From the NCBI GenBank assembly GCA_024704765.1, contig JAKMXF010000177.1:496001-560000 (forward strand): a stretch of 64,000 nt of DNA, in the 5' to 3' direction. The notes under the pieces were generated by a model. The model worked only from the letters and a program-made list of their open reading frames with translations, had not been told where the DNA came from and ran no database searches. A program made the position numbers and the translations under genes. Source of the DNA: Oopsacas minuta (lineage: Eukaryota; Animalia; Porifera). Shown one piece after another: positions 12,612-24,253 of this stretch. Within the stretch, counting starts at the first letter, position 1, and every line of letters starts with the position of its first letter.

Positions 12612-13988
12612 TTAAGCATTATTATATAGAACTGGAATGTTGAGGTTATTGATAAGATTGCTGATTCTTTGTAATGGCTGATTTGGATAGTGTTTGAAAT
12701 GGTTGTAATATGGAATCCATACATTCTCATTAACACCATTCCTAATCCCTAACCTGTCTCTAACATTCCCTTCTGCCTCATTCATCCAGTAATAGAGTGA
12801 CATCATACGAGGACACTTGGACAGCTGTCTCAGAGTACAGACACTCATCAGACACTCTGTATTCTCATCTCTCTCTGTTTGCAGTACTCTTAAGCTAGAG
12901 AGGGAGTGAGAGAGGAAGTAGTAGAGTTCTGTAGTATTCCCAACACGTAATATCTCCAGCATGTGTACAGAAGCTACTAAAGCTATATTATTGTGAGTAG
13001 AGTAGTGTTGAGGTTGTAGAGAGTTTATGAGAGATGTCACAGCTGTTAGAATATTGTGAGTTGGTTTACCTGTAGCATATCCTACTGTAGAGTCTATGTA
13101 GAGGATATTGTAGGAGGTAAGTAAACTGTTTGAGTTTAGAGAGATTGGAATATTAATGAACAGCTGTTGTAACATCTTAATTGTATTATCTCGGCTAATT
13201 CTGCTGACTGTGGGGAAAGGAGGCAAGGGAGTTGAGGTTGTGTGAGGTGGAGGAGGTCTAGGTGTGGTCGAGATTACTGGGACAGGAGTTGGTGCTGAAG
13301 TAGTAGGTGTTGTAGTGGTAGGCGTTGTAGTGGTAGGTGTAGTAGTAGTAGGTGTTGTAGTGGTAGGCGTTGTAGTTGTAGGTGTTGTAGTGGTAGGTGT
13401 TGTAGTGGTAGGTGTTGTAGTGGTAGGCGTTGTAGTTGTAGGTGTTGTAGTGGTAGGTGTTGTAGTTGTAGGTGTTGTTGTTTGCTTGGTACTGGTAACC
13501 TTTATAGTTACCTGTCTTGTTGTAGTTCTGCAATGATAATGATTCTTGTGATGTCCTCTGCAACGTTTCAGAAAGGAATATTCATTTCCTTCCTCTTCTT
13601 CTTCATCTTGTGATGATTTGACCTCTCTGGTGTTTATTTTCTTAATTTCGCAATTGGAGAATGGAAATGCTAATTCTTTCAAATTCTGACTTATGAATTC
13701 TTCAATCTGATCAGCTGTATTCTGTTGTATAATTATGGAGAATGGTCCATCCTTTCCAAACACATCCTTCATTATACTAACCTGACCATCTCCTAGCCAC
13801 AGTAAGAGAGGAGCATCTTCATCGCGAGGACTGAGTGTCGGTATGTACCAGTAGAAGAGAGAGGAATTATCAGAGCTCAGAGGATATAATCCACTCTCAG
13901 TACGAGATAGCACATATTCAACATCTCTTCTAATATTAACACTGTGTGCTACAGTGATTATACATATGATTAGCCACACAAATAGCAT
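12612..13988 (-). CDS. Secreted S10 serine-carboxypeptidase-derived pseudoenzyme A with His-rich and (PTTTT)11 mucin-like insert
   Basis: Signal peptide, then [42 protein letters not shown] (cf. S10 SGY....LFFWF.P..DAPLVLWLQGGPG.SS..GLF.E.GPF). After the insert comes [25 protein letters not shown] (cf. LNPYSW....NLLYIDxPVGTGFS). GESYAG is absent, and the ORF stops at VLYNNA*, where S10 enzymes have VYNGxLD. Intronless. Confidence 0.8.
   Translation of the reverse strand: MLFVWLIICIITVAHSVNIRRDVEYVLSRTESGLYPLSSDNSSLFYWYIPTLSPRDEDAPLLLWLGDGQVSIMKDVFGKDGPFSIIIQQNTADQIEEFISQNLKELAFPFSNCEIKKINTREVKSSQDEEEEEGNEYSFLKRCRGHHKNHYHCRTTTRQVTIKVTSTKQTTTPTTTTPTTTTPTTTTPTTTTPTTTTPTTTTPTTTTPTTTTPTTTTPTTTTPTTTTPTTSAPTPVPVISTTPRPPPPHTTSTPLPPFPTVSRISRDNTIKMLQQLFINIPISLNSNSLLTSYNILYIDSTVGYATGKPTHNILTAVTSLINSLQPQHYSTHNNIALVASVHMLEILRVGNTTELYYFLSHSLSSLRVLQTERDENTECLMSVCTLRQLSKCPRMMSLYYWMNEAEGNVRDRLGIRNGVNENVWIPYYNHFKHYPNQPLQRISNLINNLNIPVLYNNA
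13306..13482 (-). repeat. Coding 15-bp tandem repeat, 11 full units plus a partial, encoding (PTTTT)n
   Basis: Plus-strand unit ggtgttgtagtggta (variants ggcgttgtagttgta etc.), counted directly from 13306 to 13470 plus a partial unit. Confidence 0.95.
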
Positions 13989-14410
13989 TATTTAATTCTA
14001 CAGATCTCCAATACGTTATCAAGGAGCTCTCTTCAAATGCTTTATATACACATCTCGTCAGGAGTTATATGGGTGCTGTACTTACTCTAATGTATAGTTT
14101 TTAGCAATGGAAATGGTGAGCTATTTCGTTCTTTTACTCTATTTGGCGTAGACAATTTCAAAGAAATTCTGTTTCCTCTGTGTAGCGCCATCTGCCATAT
14201 CCTTAAACCCTTAACCCTATCTGGATTGTAAGTAGTCCATTCAGTCTGCATGCATGTAATTACGTGGCAAATGTATGCGTATTGTATTGTTTTGATAATA
14301 AATTACATTAATTAGTAGTCAATTTCCACAAAGCGACAATAGTGAAATGTATTGTAAGAAGATTCAGTTTGTTAGTTTCAATTTCCCTTTTTGCATTTTG
14401 TGCATATAGT

Positions 14411-14830
14411 GCGCTAGTATAGGGAGATGGCGAAACGACATGTCTAGCTGTCCGATAAATGATAATTGGTATCATATACATATTGGGTCGGATATTTGCA
14501 CCATGATTTTTTTTTTTAACATATATCCTTGTAAAATTCAAAAGCATGCTAGAGATTTGATTTCAACTTGTTGTAAGGGTAATTGGGCGCGTAGAGTCCG
14601 ATTGTTAGAGTTTCAGAGCCTGAAAGTTACAAATTCACAGATTAACCATAAGATTTCACAACTTTTTGCCACTAATTCAAAATGTTTCGAGAGAGTTCAT
14701 TTCAGATGTCGCTATAAATCCCGGGGTAATCCGTAATCGAGTATGTAGATTACATTTTGATAATTTAAACCTACATCTAAATGATTTATCACATGATTAA
14801 TCAAATTTTCATACTTATAGGTATCTATTT
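14411..14830 (+). repeat. Dispersed repeat family R2 (head gctcc.atagggagatgcc + GTCC motif; possibly Helentron/DINE-1-like)
   Basis: Shares tagggagatg..., aattggta..cat..gggtc and gctagagatttgatttcaac..gggtaattggg..gtagagtccg with 18412-19080, 22880-23514 (minus) and 44881-45000. The class assignment is inference from the short stem-loop head and GTCC microsatellite. Confidence 0.5.
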
Positions 14831-15381
14831 CAAAATGTTACTGGAAATTTCGTTGGCCTAATCCGGTGTTGGGTTCCAATTTTGACATTTCAAATGTACA
14901 TACCTTGTAGCTATGATAATCATATTCTCACAACTTGAACTTACACTTCGACTGATATTAACAATTATGTTTGAACAACTTATGATTTGTCCAATGGTGA
15001 TAAGAACATGACCCAGAACCCCGAGCTGCATTCCATTCTGTCGGCTGAACAATTTTCTTATAAAATGTGATATAGCAGATTCTAATACACAGTGATCAGA
15101 ATTAATTAAGATTACAGAACTTAGAAGTCAGGTCCCGGCCTGGTATAAAAAGAGGTGCTTAAGTAATACATTCATAACACCTTTGAGAATTTTCACTATT
15201 CGAGTCCCGATTACCTAAGATAACTAAACTGTCAAATTCCCCACAACTTGAAACTTTGATTCACAAATGAATCTAATGATATATATAATATGAGACTATG
15301 CAAATTCCAGACCTTAGTTAAGATTTATTCTACCTAATTAATCACAAATATTTATTACACGTTAATTCAATAAGTCTAGAA

Positions 15382-16716
15382 ATGGCAGAATGTTGTGAAG
15401 GTAAGAATATTCAGGCTACAGACCTCGGAAATATGAAAATAGATAATTTTGATGAAAGTTGTATATTAACTCTTAAACAAAAGATTAACCAAACCAAAGC
15501 TGATGTGAATTTGAGATTTGCTGATATCCACAACCTTCTTAACATCAAAGAGAATTCAATTATTACAAAAATAAATGAATTGTGTGAACAATTCGAGACG
15601 AGATTTGAGTTAAATTGCCAAGAATTGAAACAGTTACAAAGAGCTAGAGAGGAGAGTATTCAAATAGTTAATTTGAATACTTTAAGTGGCTCTTTAGAAG
15701 AAGTACTATCAACCATCGATTCTAATATAAATGAGATAAATAAGAGCGTCATAGTTCCTTCAGAAGTTAAAGTTTTGTGGCGAGATGAAGGACTTATTGA
15801 TTTGATTGATAATCTTTGTTCTATCCAAAAGATTGAACCTGTGACTAAGCCAGACTACGAGCAGAGGAAGAAACCATTCTGGTCTGGATGTAACAGGGGG
15901 ACAGGTACTGGTGAAATAGGAACAAGTGACATATTCAGATATGGTCTGGGATTGGATGTTGACAGGGATAAACGCGTCTACATTAGTGATCTCTGGAACC
16001 ATAGGATACTCGTATTCTCCAATGAGGGTGTGTATGAGAGAGAGATTGGTAGAGATATCCTCAGCAAGCCATACTCCGTCCATGTAAATAATGATTTTGT
16101 TTATGTAACTGAATGGGGAAATGATTGCGTTACAGAATTCAATTTGTTGGGTAATAAAATGCAGAGAGTTGGTACACATGGTAACTCACACGGGAAGTTT
16201 AACCGGCCTGCAGGTATCACAACAGATGAACGTAATGTTGTATATGTGTGTGATCGTAACAATAACCGCGTGCAGAAGTTTAACAAGCAGCTAGAATGGG
16301 TGGAAACTGTTCGACATCAGTTAATGCAAGATCCTTCAGATGTTAAAGTAAAGAATAGAGAGATATTCGTACTGGCTACCTCTAAATCGAGCAAATCTTG
16401 GTTCTTTGACTGCTGTAATACTATATTTGTGTTATCTATTGAAGATGGAGAACTATTGAGGACAATATCTAGTAAGCATGTGACTAGTGGTCGCTTCTTC
16501 TGTTTAGATAACAGCAATAATATTCTTATTAGTGACAGTCAGGTGGGTTGTGTAGTGGTGTTGTCACAAGAAGGAGAACTAGTAGCAGTGCTAGGAGACG
16601 AGGTAGAGGAGGTAACTGGTAGATCTTATTGTTACCAATCTAAAGGAATAGCATTTAATCAAGATGTTATCGTCAATGTTTGTGACAAGAATATTAACTG
16701 CCTGCTAATGTTTTGA
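15382..16716 (+). CDS. Coiled-coil + NHL-repeat (six-bladed propeller) protein 2, intronless, no RING/B-box
   Basis: N-terminal ~130 aa heptad-rich region, then NHL blades GLDVDRDKRVYISDLWNHRILVF, KPYSVHV..VYVTEW, KFNRPAGITTDERNVVYVCDRNNNRVQKF, DPSDVKV and FCLDNSNNILISDS. Confidence 0.88.
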   Translation: MAECCEGKNIQATDLGNMKIDNFDESCILTLKQKINQTKADVNLRFADIHNLLNIKENSIITKINELCEQFETRFELNCQELKQLQRAREESIQIVNLNTLSGSLEEVLSTIDSNINEINKSVIVPSEVKVLWRDEGLIDLIDNLCSIQKIEPVTKPDYEQRKKPFWSGCNRGTGTGEIGTSDIFRYGLGLDVDRDKRVYISDLWNHRILVFSNEGVYEREIGRDILSKPYSVHVNNDFVYVTEWGNDCVTEFNLLGNKMQRVGTHGNSHGKFNRPAGITTDERNVVYVCDRNNNRVQKFNKQLEWVETVRHQLMQDPSDVKVKNREIFVLATSKSSKSWFFDCCNTIFVLSIEDGELLRTISSKHVTSGRFFCLDNSNNILISDSQVGCVVVLSQEGELVAVLGDEVEEVTGRSYCYQSKGIAFNQDVIVNVCDKNINCLLMF

Positions 16717-18411
16717 GTAGTTTGTAATACAGCATGTAGTATATTTACGTATATTGTTTTGTAATATTATATACGTTTTGATTTTAACAGGAAGGTATGG
16801 AGTGGAGTATCCCAATAACGGATACATTGAGGGTTGGCTCAATTCGTTCTAGAGAGATGTCCACTTCTCTGATGTTGATAAGAATTACCTACATGTACAA
16901 GTACATTGGTGTTCGCCATTTTGCAATTCGCCTAATAGCAATGTTATTCAGAGTCTTAGAATCCATTTTGTATTTGAATGGCTTCCTCTAATAGCAAGTT
17001 TGCTTTTGAGCAAGCAAACTCCACTGATAGTAATTTGATTTCGTTTCACGAACTTGTCCGTTGTAGAGGTGTTATCTGCTTTTCGGATTATCCGTTTTGG
17101 GAGACTTCACCGTTGTACTGTACACAATCCTTTACTCCCCTGAATGCGGCCAAATATTTTGTGATTGTTTAGAGTTTAATTCAATCCAAAAAATATTAGT
17201 CATAAATTCAAAAGAAATTTCATGATTTCTAATATTGTTGTATGACGAGTATTTTATTATAGAATTTGGCCTCTAGAGCCAGCCGATAGGTTGCAGAACA
17301 CCACTATAGTCAATTCTGTAAATTATCATCAAAATATATATAGGATACTGCCAAAAAGCACTAAGTTGCGATAATTATCACCTTATCAGGTATGTATGTA
17401 GGTAATTTATGTCTATCTAAGAAAGCCATGGCCTGCTTAATTAAAGTATTAGTATACGTGTATGTCCCCGAGGATGCCTGAAGAAGAAGGCCAGCTTTAT
17501 TATTCTCATTTTGGAGATACAAAGCCTATTATTAATTGCGAATTTGATTTTCTTAAGGAATTATGTAATTTTTATTTCAATAAGCTAATTTTGAACTTTT
17601 TGACAAATTTCTAGCTCACGTAAACTAAACGTAATGAAGGAAGGCCGTTGAATTTATTAACTGGATAATTGATTCATATCTACTCTAAGTTAGTCAAATT
17701 TACAATTAATAAGAGTTATAAAAGGTTTATTTTTTTCCAAAATGAGAAGAATAAACTGATCTTATTTCTCGTATATTTTCAATCTAGAATCCTAGATCTT
17801 TCCGTCCTGTACCCTTGTTACAACTTACAAGCTATGAGCTATTAATCATAATGAACATTGAATATCTTAAGAATTACTAGTATGGTTTGCTCGTTCTCCC
17901 CGACACATATATTGTGTCCTTGATTGGAATTAATCAATACTGATAAGGTTATTAAGTTAGTAACTGCTAAACAATATGTTACTTCTTTGAAGGCTGTTTT
18001 ACCTTGGCTTATCTAATGTCATTTCATGGACTGAAATCTATTGACAACTGACATGCCTGACTCTGTGACTTCTTGTCAAATTCCACTGGTATGATTCGCG
18101 AAGTTTCGTCGAATGAAATTCATTTACAGAAATTTGGTAGAAATTTTGCTCTAATGCAATATTCGTCGGACAGAAATTATCGAAAACGGAAAAATTGGTC
18201 AAGTTGAACCTAATAATCCAAATTCTCTGTCTAAGTTGAGTTGCATTGTAATATACTCTTTATGTTTCAAAAGTAGGCACTAGCTAAAACTTTGAACCAA
18301 TAAGGCATTCTACGAATATTCCCTTTAACTTACATCTACGAATCTTCGTCAGCCCATTTAATTGGTACAGTAGGGGAATTTTGAAATATATTGGCCTAAT
18401 GTGATTTTAGT

Positions 18412-19080
18412 GCAGCTCCCATAGGGAGATGCCCTAATCTAATGACATGGGCGATGTGCGATGTCCGTACGTCCATTTGTCTCCGCTGCCGTGCGAATTC
18501 TAGCAGTCAGTTTAACATTAAAATTGGTATACATATGCATTTATGGTCGGTATTATTTTTTTCTAAAATGAATATTTCACACCTTTCTATGTAAAATTCA
18601 AAAGCAAACCAGAGATCTGTTTCAACATGTTGTCAGGGGTAATTGGGTGTGTAGAGTCCGAATTTGAGATTTTCAGAGTCTGAAAGTTACAAATTCAAAG
18701 ATTTATCACATGATTAATCATATTTTCACAACTTTTTGCAAATATTTCTGTAATGATGCTAGTGATTTCGTTTCACCTGCTAGTTAGTGGTAATCGAGTA
18801 TGTGGAATTGTAGATATCAAATTCCACATTCTCAAATCTATATCCACATGATTTATCATATGATTAATCAAATTTCGCAACTTTTTGCATATTAATTATT
18901 GAAAAGGATGTAGCGCTTTCTTTTTAACTGTTACTAAGGGGTAATCCAGCATGTAGATACGAATTTTGAAATGTTTGCATCTCTCACTCAATAATGAATC
19001 GTATGAATAATTATATTTTCACATCTTTTTGTACATAATTCAAATGGATGCTAGAGATTTTGTTTCAATAGTTAGACAGA
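18412..19080 (+). repeat. Longest copy of dispersed repeat family R2, with internal subrepeats (gatttatcacatgattaatca)
   Basis: Head gcagctcccatagggagatgccctaatctaatgacatgggcgatgtgcgatgtccgtacgtcc. The internal units gatttatca.atgattaatca..tttt..caactttttgc recur about three times and also occur at 14640-14810. Confidence 0.55.
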
Positions 19081-20012
19081 GGGTAATTGTAGGATTATTG
19101 TTCGGAATTTTATCCATAGGATTTGAGGATAGAACATGAAGTACATTAGAGGACGAATAATACTGAATATCCTGAAATATTTATCATATCCAGGAGCCCA
19201 AAATCAGTCGAGTCCGGTGCATTGCGGCATTTACACGGGGGGTTAGGAAGGGCGTGTCCCCTCTGAAAAGAACACAACCAAATAATTTTCACGGCGTTTT
19301 TGGAACTACAAATATTTGTGACGTAGACTAACGTAAATACGTAGATACAGTTTATAAGGATTTATCTTAATTAATTTACTAATTAACAGAGTTTATACTA
19401 CTTTCAATTTCTGAGATTATTTATCTTTCACTCTAACTAATAACTTACAATATCAACCTCTGTATCAATGGATTGACGTGTGTTGTGATCTTTTAATTGA
19501 GTTTTTTACTGAATTATGACCTGTAAGTAATCAGAATATTCTAACCCTGACCTAACCCTAAGATTCCTTAGATACCGCCTATCTATTATCATAATCAGCT
19601 GATAACATTCTTAACCATTTACGGTTAGGCTTGCATATTAATTGGCTATTATATCTACTACGGGATTTCTCCATAAAATATTTTGGTTCGGATGATCTCA
19701 TCGAGTATAGATTCAAATCACTTTATAATTTATGATTCTGCTCAGAATCCTTAATATATATTATTAGTATGATGTGTGACCTTGTCTCGGCTGGTCACAC
19801 TATTACTCAATTAATTCTAATGTTTCTCTCAGAATTAGTATTGTAATTATTATATTACTTTATTTGCCAGTTCTTCGATAATTTTCAACAGAACTATTAC
19901 CTCAACTAAAGATCCCTGTCCACTATATATATATTCCACGAGTTGAGGCCATACAGTACATATCACATATATATATTTATTGTAACGAATTTAATCACAT
20001 ATAATATATACA

Positions 20013-21473
20013 ATGTTGGTTACTGAGGCTTTTTGTGTTATTTACTTAATCATATGTATAATCACTGTAGCACACAGTGTTAATATTAGAAGAGATGTTG
20101 AATATGTGCTATCTCGTACTGAGAGTGGGTTCTATCCTCTGAGCTCTGATAATTCCTCTCTCTTCTACTGGTACATACCGACACTCAGTCCTCGCGATGA
20201 AGATGCTCCTCTCTTACTGTGGCTAGGAGATGGTCAGGTTAGTATAATGAAGGATGTGTTTGGAAAGGATGGACCATTCTCCATAATTATACAACAGGAT
20301 ACAGCTGATCAGATAAATAAAGCCTTAGATTTGATAGAATCATCTGAAACCTTTCAGTTTAACGACATTTCATTTGGATTCCCTAACTGTTTGAAGAATA
20401 CTGAATCTAGCGTAGTTAATAGGAAATACAACTCCGGTCACAATATAGAAACAGATGTTAGAGTGAGGGAGGATAGGAGCCACAGCTCTAGTCCTCAGAA
20501 TAGCCGCAAGCACCATCATCATCTACACAGACCTGAATCCAATAACAACTCAACTAATAAACACAAACATAGGACACATGTCCATCACCACGGTTATTTC
20601 CCCGGACCTCCTGGACTGAGAGGACCCCCGGGTCCTCCAGGTCCTCCAGGAGATTCCTCCGGTATTCCAGGTCCTCAGGGTCCAGCAGGTATTCCTGCTA
20701 TCCAAGGACCTCCTGGGCCAGCTGGTAATAACGGTGTTGATGGAATTCCAGGGGATATCGGTCCACCTGGAATAGGCGTGCCTGGTTCTCCAGGAGTATC
20801 CGGAGCACCAGGACTCCCAGGTCCACCTGGAGCTACTGGTCTCCCTGGTCCTCCAGGAACTCTTGAAACAACACAAGAGCCTGTTTTCTCTGCAACCACG
20901 CCTTTACCTCCTCCCTCTCCAGAACCTGCAGCTAGTGATATAAACGATAGAAATAGGAGAGACAGTTTTATATATTTACACGATATTCTGACTAATATTC
21001 CAATCTCTCTAAACTCAAACAGTTTACTTACCTCCTACAATATCCTCTACATAGACTCTACAGTAGGATATGCTACAGGTAAACCAACTCACAATATTCT
21101 AACAGCTGTGACATCTCTCATAAACTCTCTACAACCTCAATACTACTCTGCTCACAATAATATAGCTTTAGTAGCTTCTGTACACATGCTGGAGATATTA
21201 CGTGTTAGGAATACTACAGAACTCTACTACTTCCTCTCTCACTCCCTCTCTAGCTTAAGAGTACTGCAAACAGAGAGAGATGAGGATACAGAGTGTCTGA
21301 TGAGTGTTTGTACTCTGAGACAGCTGTCCAAGTGTCCTCGTATGATGTCACTCTATTACTGGATGAATGAGTCAGAAGGGAATGTTAGAGACAGGCTAGG
21401 GATTAGGAATGTTGTAGTTGACAAGAATCAATGGATTCCTTATGACAACCAATTCACTCAATTATTTAATTAA
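20013..21473 (+). CDS. Secreted S10 serine-carboxypeptidase-derived pseudoenzyme B with His-rich + collagen (Gly-X-Y) insert
   Basis: Same N-terminal and C-terminal S10-like blocks as gene A (2 and 5 amino-acid differences by direct comparison). The insert contains [21 protein letters not shown] followed by ~85 aa of interrupted Gly-X-Y rich in GPP (20604-20858). No GESYAG and no C-terminal Asp/His region. Intronless. Confidence 0.8.
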   Translation: MLVTEAFCVIYLIICIITVAHSVNIRRDVEYVLSRTESGFYPLSSDNSSLFYWYIPTLSPRDEDAPLLLWLGDGQVSIMKDVFGKDGPFSIIIQQDTADQINKALDLIESSETFQFNDISFGFPNCLKNTESSVVNRKYNSGHNIETDVRVREDRSHSSSPQNSRKHHHHLHRPESNNNSTNKHKHRTHVHHHGYFPGPPGLRGPPGPPGPPGDSSGIPGPQGPAGIPAIQGPPGPAGNNGVDGIPGDIGPPGIGVPGSPGVSGAPGLPGPPGATGLPGPPGTLETTQEPVFSATTPLPPPSPEPAASDINDRNRRDSFIYLHDILTNIPISLNSNSLLTSYNILYIDSTVGYATGKPTHNILTAVTSLINSLQPQYYSAHNNIALVASVHMLEILRVRNTTELYYFLSHSLSSLRVLQTERDEDTECLMSVCTLRQLSKCPRMMSLYYWMNESEGNVRDRLGIRNVVVDKNQWIPYDNQFTQLFN

Positions 21474-22295
21474 AACACCAGTGTGCCTTAAAATACATTT
21501 CACTTCCGCCCTCTACTTATCATATACAGGAATTATAATTTTTCAATAAAATATTATACTATTATAGTTCTGCAATCCTTCTTTAGATGTTTTATCACTC
21601 TTGAAATATGTACTATTGGTTTACTTATAAGTAAGTTTACAATTTGAATTGTTTCCATATCTGCTAACTCTTGTCTGTCGAATCCCTTACATATGCCAGT
21701 ATTTTCCTGGGCTTTCTATAATTTGCCTGAATACTTTTCGCTAGTCCCGCTCATAGTTATATATTCTTATATCCCATATGTTTTTTACCCCTTGACTTAC
21801 ACCTAATTTTCTTAGATCCGAGAGCGAAACCTACTGTACGTATATTTGTAACTGTATTTGTTCCTTGTGTAAAAAACCCATAATTATTCCATGATTTCGA
21901 TCTGCCGCATAGTCCCACTGTCCCAGGAATCAAATTGAACCTGTTCTCTTTATGGCATCCCAACAAAACCAGTCCAAAAATCCTAGCAATGATCCTCGTC
22001 ACCAAATAGATTGCTGGAAGGCACAGTCAATCTATGTGTTTGCTGGAAATTTCTATGTAGCAAGCTAGGTTGCTGGGAAGGAGGTTAGAAAGACCCTGTA
22101 ATTAACCAAATATATAATAAATAATCTGCCGAAGAAGATGTGCAAAAATATAATTTGAAAACGTAAATTTCAGGGTGCGTATTTTTTCTGGACTTACTGG
22201 AACCATTATTTTTTCAAAGAATCTTATTTTTTAGAATTTGCCCTATGGCCCCAATAGCTAAAATTAGTGTATACGCGTATTAATAATTCTATAAA

Positions 22296-22616
22296 TAGTA
22301 GAACGTCAGTTATTCAACACGATGGGACCGATGGGGGTTCGGATAACTGAAATTCTATTGCATAGGCGCCAAGTTGGAATATCTAGACCCCCAAGGTTTG
22401 GAGGCGGAGAATGTATTTATGCGAAATTTATATGGTAGCAACAATTTCGCCTGATGGACCCTCCTCAATTTTGCACTTAATTCCCTAAAACTTGACGCAA
22501 ATGTATATATATATTAGTAGTCAAATTTAGTGGTTTTCGGGTTAGAGAAAGAAATTAAAACCATTCGATTAACCGACCTGCGGATAACTGAATTCTGGAT
22601 TTCTGACGTTCTACTG
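22296..22616. mobile_element. Tc1/mariner (pogo/Tigger-like) MITE with an internal insertion
   Basis: Ends tagtagaacgtcag / ctgacgttctactg|ta are inverted repeats, with internal cggataactgaa at both ends. The left TSD is imperfect. Confidence 0.55.
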
Positions 22617-23031
22617 TATGTATTTTAAAGTGACCTGGGAACAGGATGCAGAGGAAAGAGGCCATATTCACCAAAGATTTCCTATACTATTTTATTTTTC
22701 ATTTAGTTGATTTCTTACTTAAATATATTACATCATCTTGTTCAGACTGAAAATCTTAATGCGGTTCATCGTATTATACGGGAGCCTTGTACCCACTCAC
22801 TTCCCAGGATCCTAGATAATGCGTATACTGGTCTATTGGAATAGCTTGCTTTTGTATTTCGCATAGGAAGGTGTGAAAATATTACTAATCGCCAAAAATG
22901 TGTGAAATATTCACTTTAGAAAAAATTCATATCCGACTTGCAAATCTCTGACCCAAAATGTATATATCTTCCAATTTTCACGTTAATTGGACAGCTTTTT
23001 GCATGGCCTCGCGGACGGACGTCGTACATCG

Positions 23032-23470
23032 CAGAGTTGCACGCGGGCCAAATTTTGTAACACAGGCGCGCCCCGCGGCCCGCAAGAAGCCCGCACAAAT
23101 CTTTTCGTCCCGCAAAAAACATCTCAAGAAACTATCTATGTAAATACTTAAATATTATAATGAAAGTTAGCTATTTACTTGTATTAATATATAATTCGTC
23201 CAAATGATATATACTAAATTTTATTTGTTTGTATTTAATTGTCAGTGGAGGGTCTAATTAGGAATCCTTACCAGGAACTGAGTTTCTGAAAACTGATGCA
23301 TAAATGTGAACACTTTACTAAATTTCATTTACTTATATAATCCCTAATTGGTATTCATAGTCCTGACAATAAAAAACAGTTCAGATCGGTCGTAATCATG
23401 GTGTGTTGTGCCCGGCTCACAAGGCCCGCGAAAGTTTTGGCTTGACCCGCACAGCCCGCGTGCAACTCTG
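23032..23470. mobile_element. hAT-type MITE, 439 bp, inserted in an R2 repeat
   Basis: Perfect 17-bp TIR cagagttgcacgcgggc / gcccgcgtgcaactctg with 8-bp TSD gtacatcg / gtacattg (7/8). The flanks rejoin into an R2 head on the minus strand. Confidence 0.85.
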
Positions 23471-23840
23471 GTACATTGTCCATGCCATTAGTGCATCTTC
23501 CTATATTAGCTGCACTAAAATTTGAGCCACCAAAGTTTGGTCCGGTTGACTAATATTATACTATCTATATTGCCAGTCCAAATGTTGGTCTGGTTGAAAC
23601 CTGACGACCCGATCGTCTCCAATAGCCATAAGATAGATAGACTAATAGAAATTATATTAAATATTATCTGTTAACAGCCACAATTTTTACATTAGCTATA
23701 CTAAGCCTAGTCAAGTTTATTGAATTCTATTTACCGCCTTGATAAACACGATAAATAGATGCGAAGTATACAATGTCTCGGAATCCACAAATAATCCTGG
23801 ACGAACACACATAAACAGATAAATCATTGAGCTTTAATTA

Positions 23841-24253
23841 CTGTCAAATCTGCTTAACGGCCACTTCTGTATAACGATCACCTGCCCATAGCGGCCACCT
23901 AAAACAGTCCCTTCCGATTTTCCATTATTATGACCTCTGTATAGCGGTCACCTGCTCAACCCTGCCAGCAGCCACCATTTTTGATCCCTTGCTGGCGCTA
24001 AACATGTCTATAACGGCCAATATAGTGCAGTGGTTGCCTCCATAGGTCTACATTTGACAAGTCCCTTTGTTGTCCATCAGTAACTACTTCCACTGTATTA
24101 GCTCATAAATGGGTTACTTGTCTTAAATGCCAACTTCTCTATATCACCACCATTAACATAATGTTACTTCCACACTAATGTAAAACTGTCTACTTCTCTA
24201 TACGGTCACTTTTGGCCAGTCCCTTCGGTAGCCGTTATAGACTAGTTAGACTG
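23841..24253. mobile_element. Tc1/mariner (Tigger-like) MITE just upstream of RNF213
   Basis: ta|ctgtcaaatctgcttaacggcc ... gccgttatagactagttagactg|ta: imperfect TIRs with TA flanks and repeated internal tatagcgg.cac motifs. Confidence 0.6.

Noticed and set aside
13258-13563. Poly-(VVVVG) and (YNTYH) ORFs
   Set aside because: Alternative frames of the (PTTTT)n repeat within gene A.
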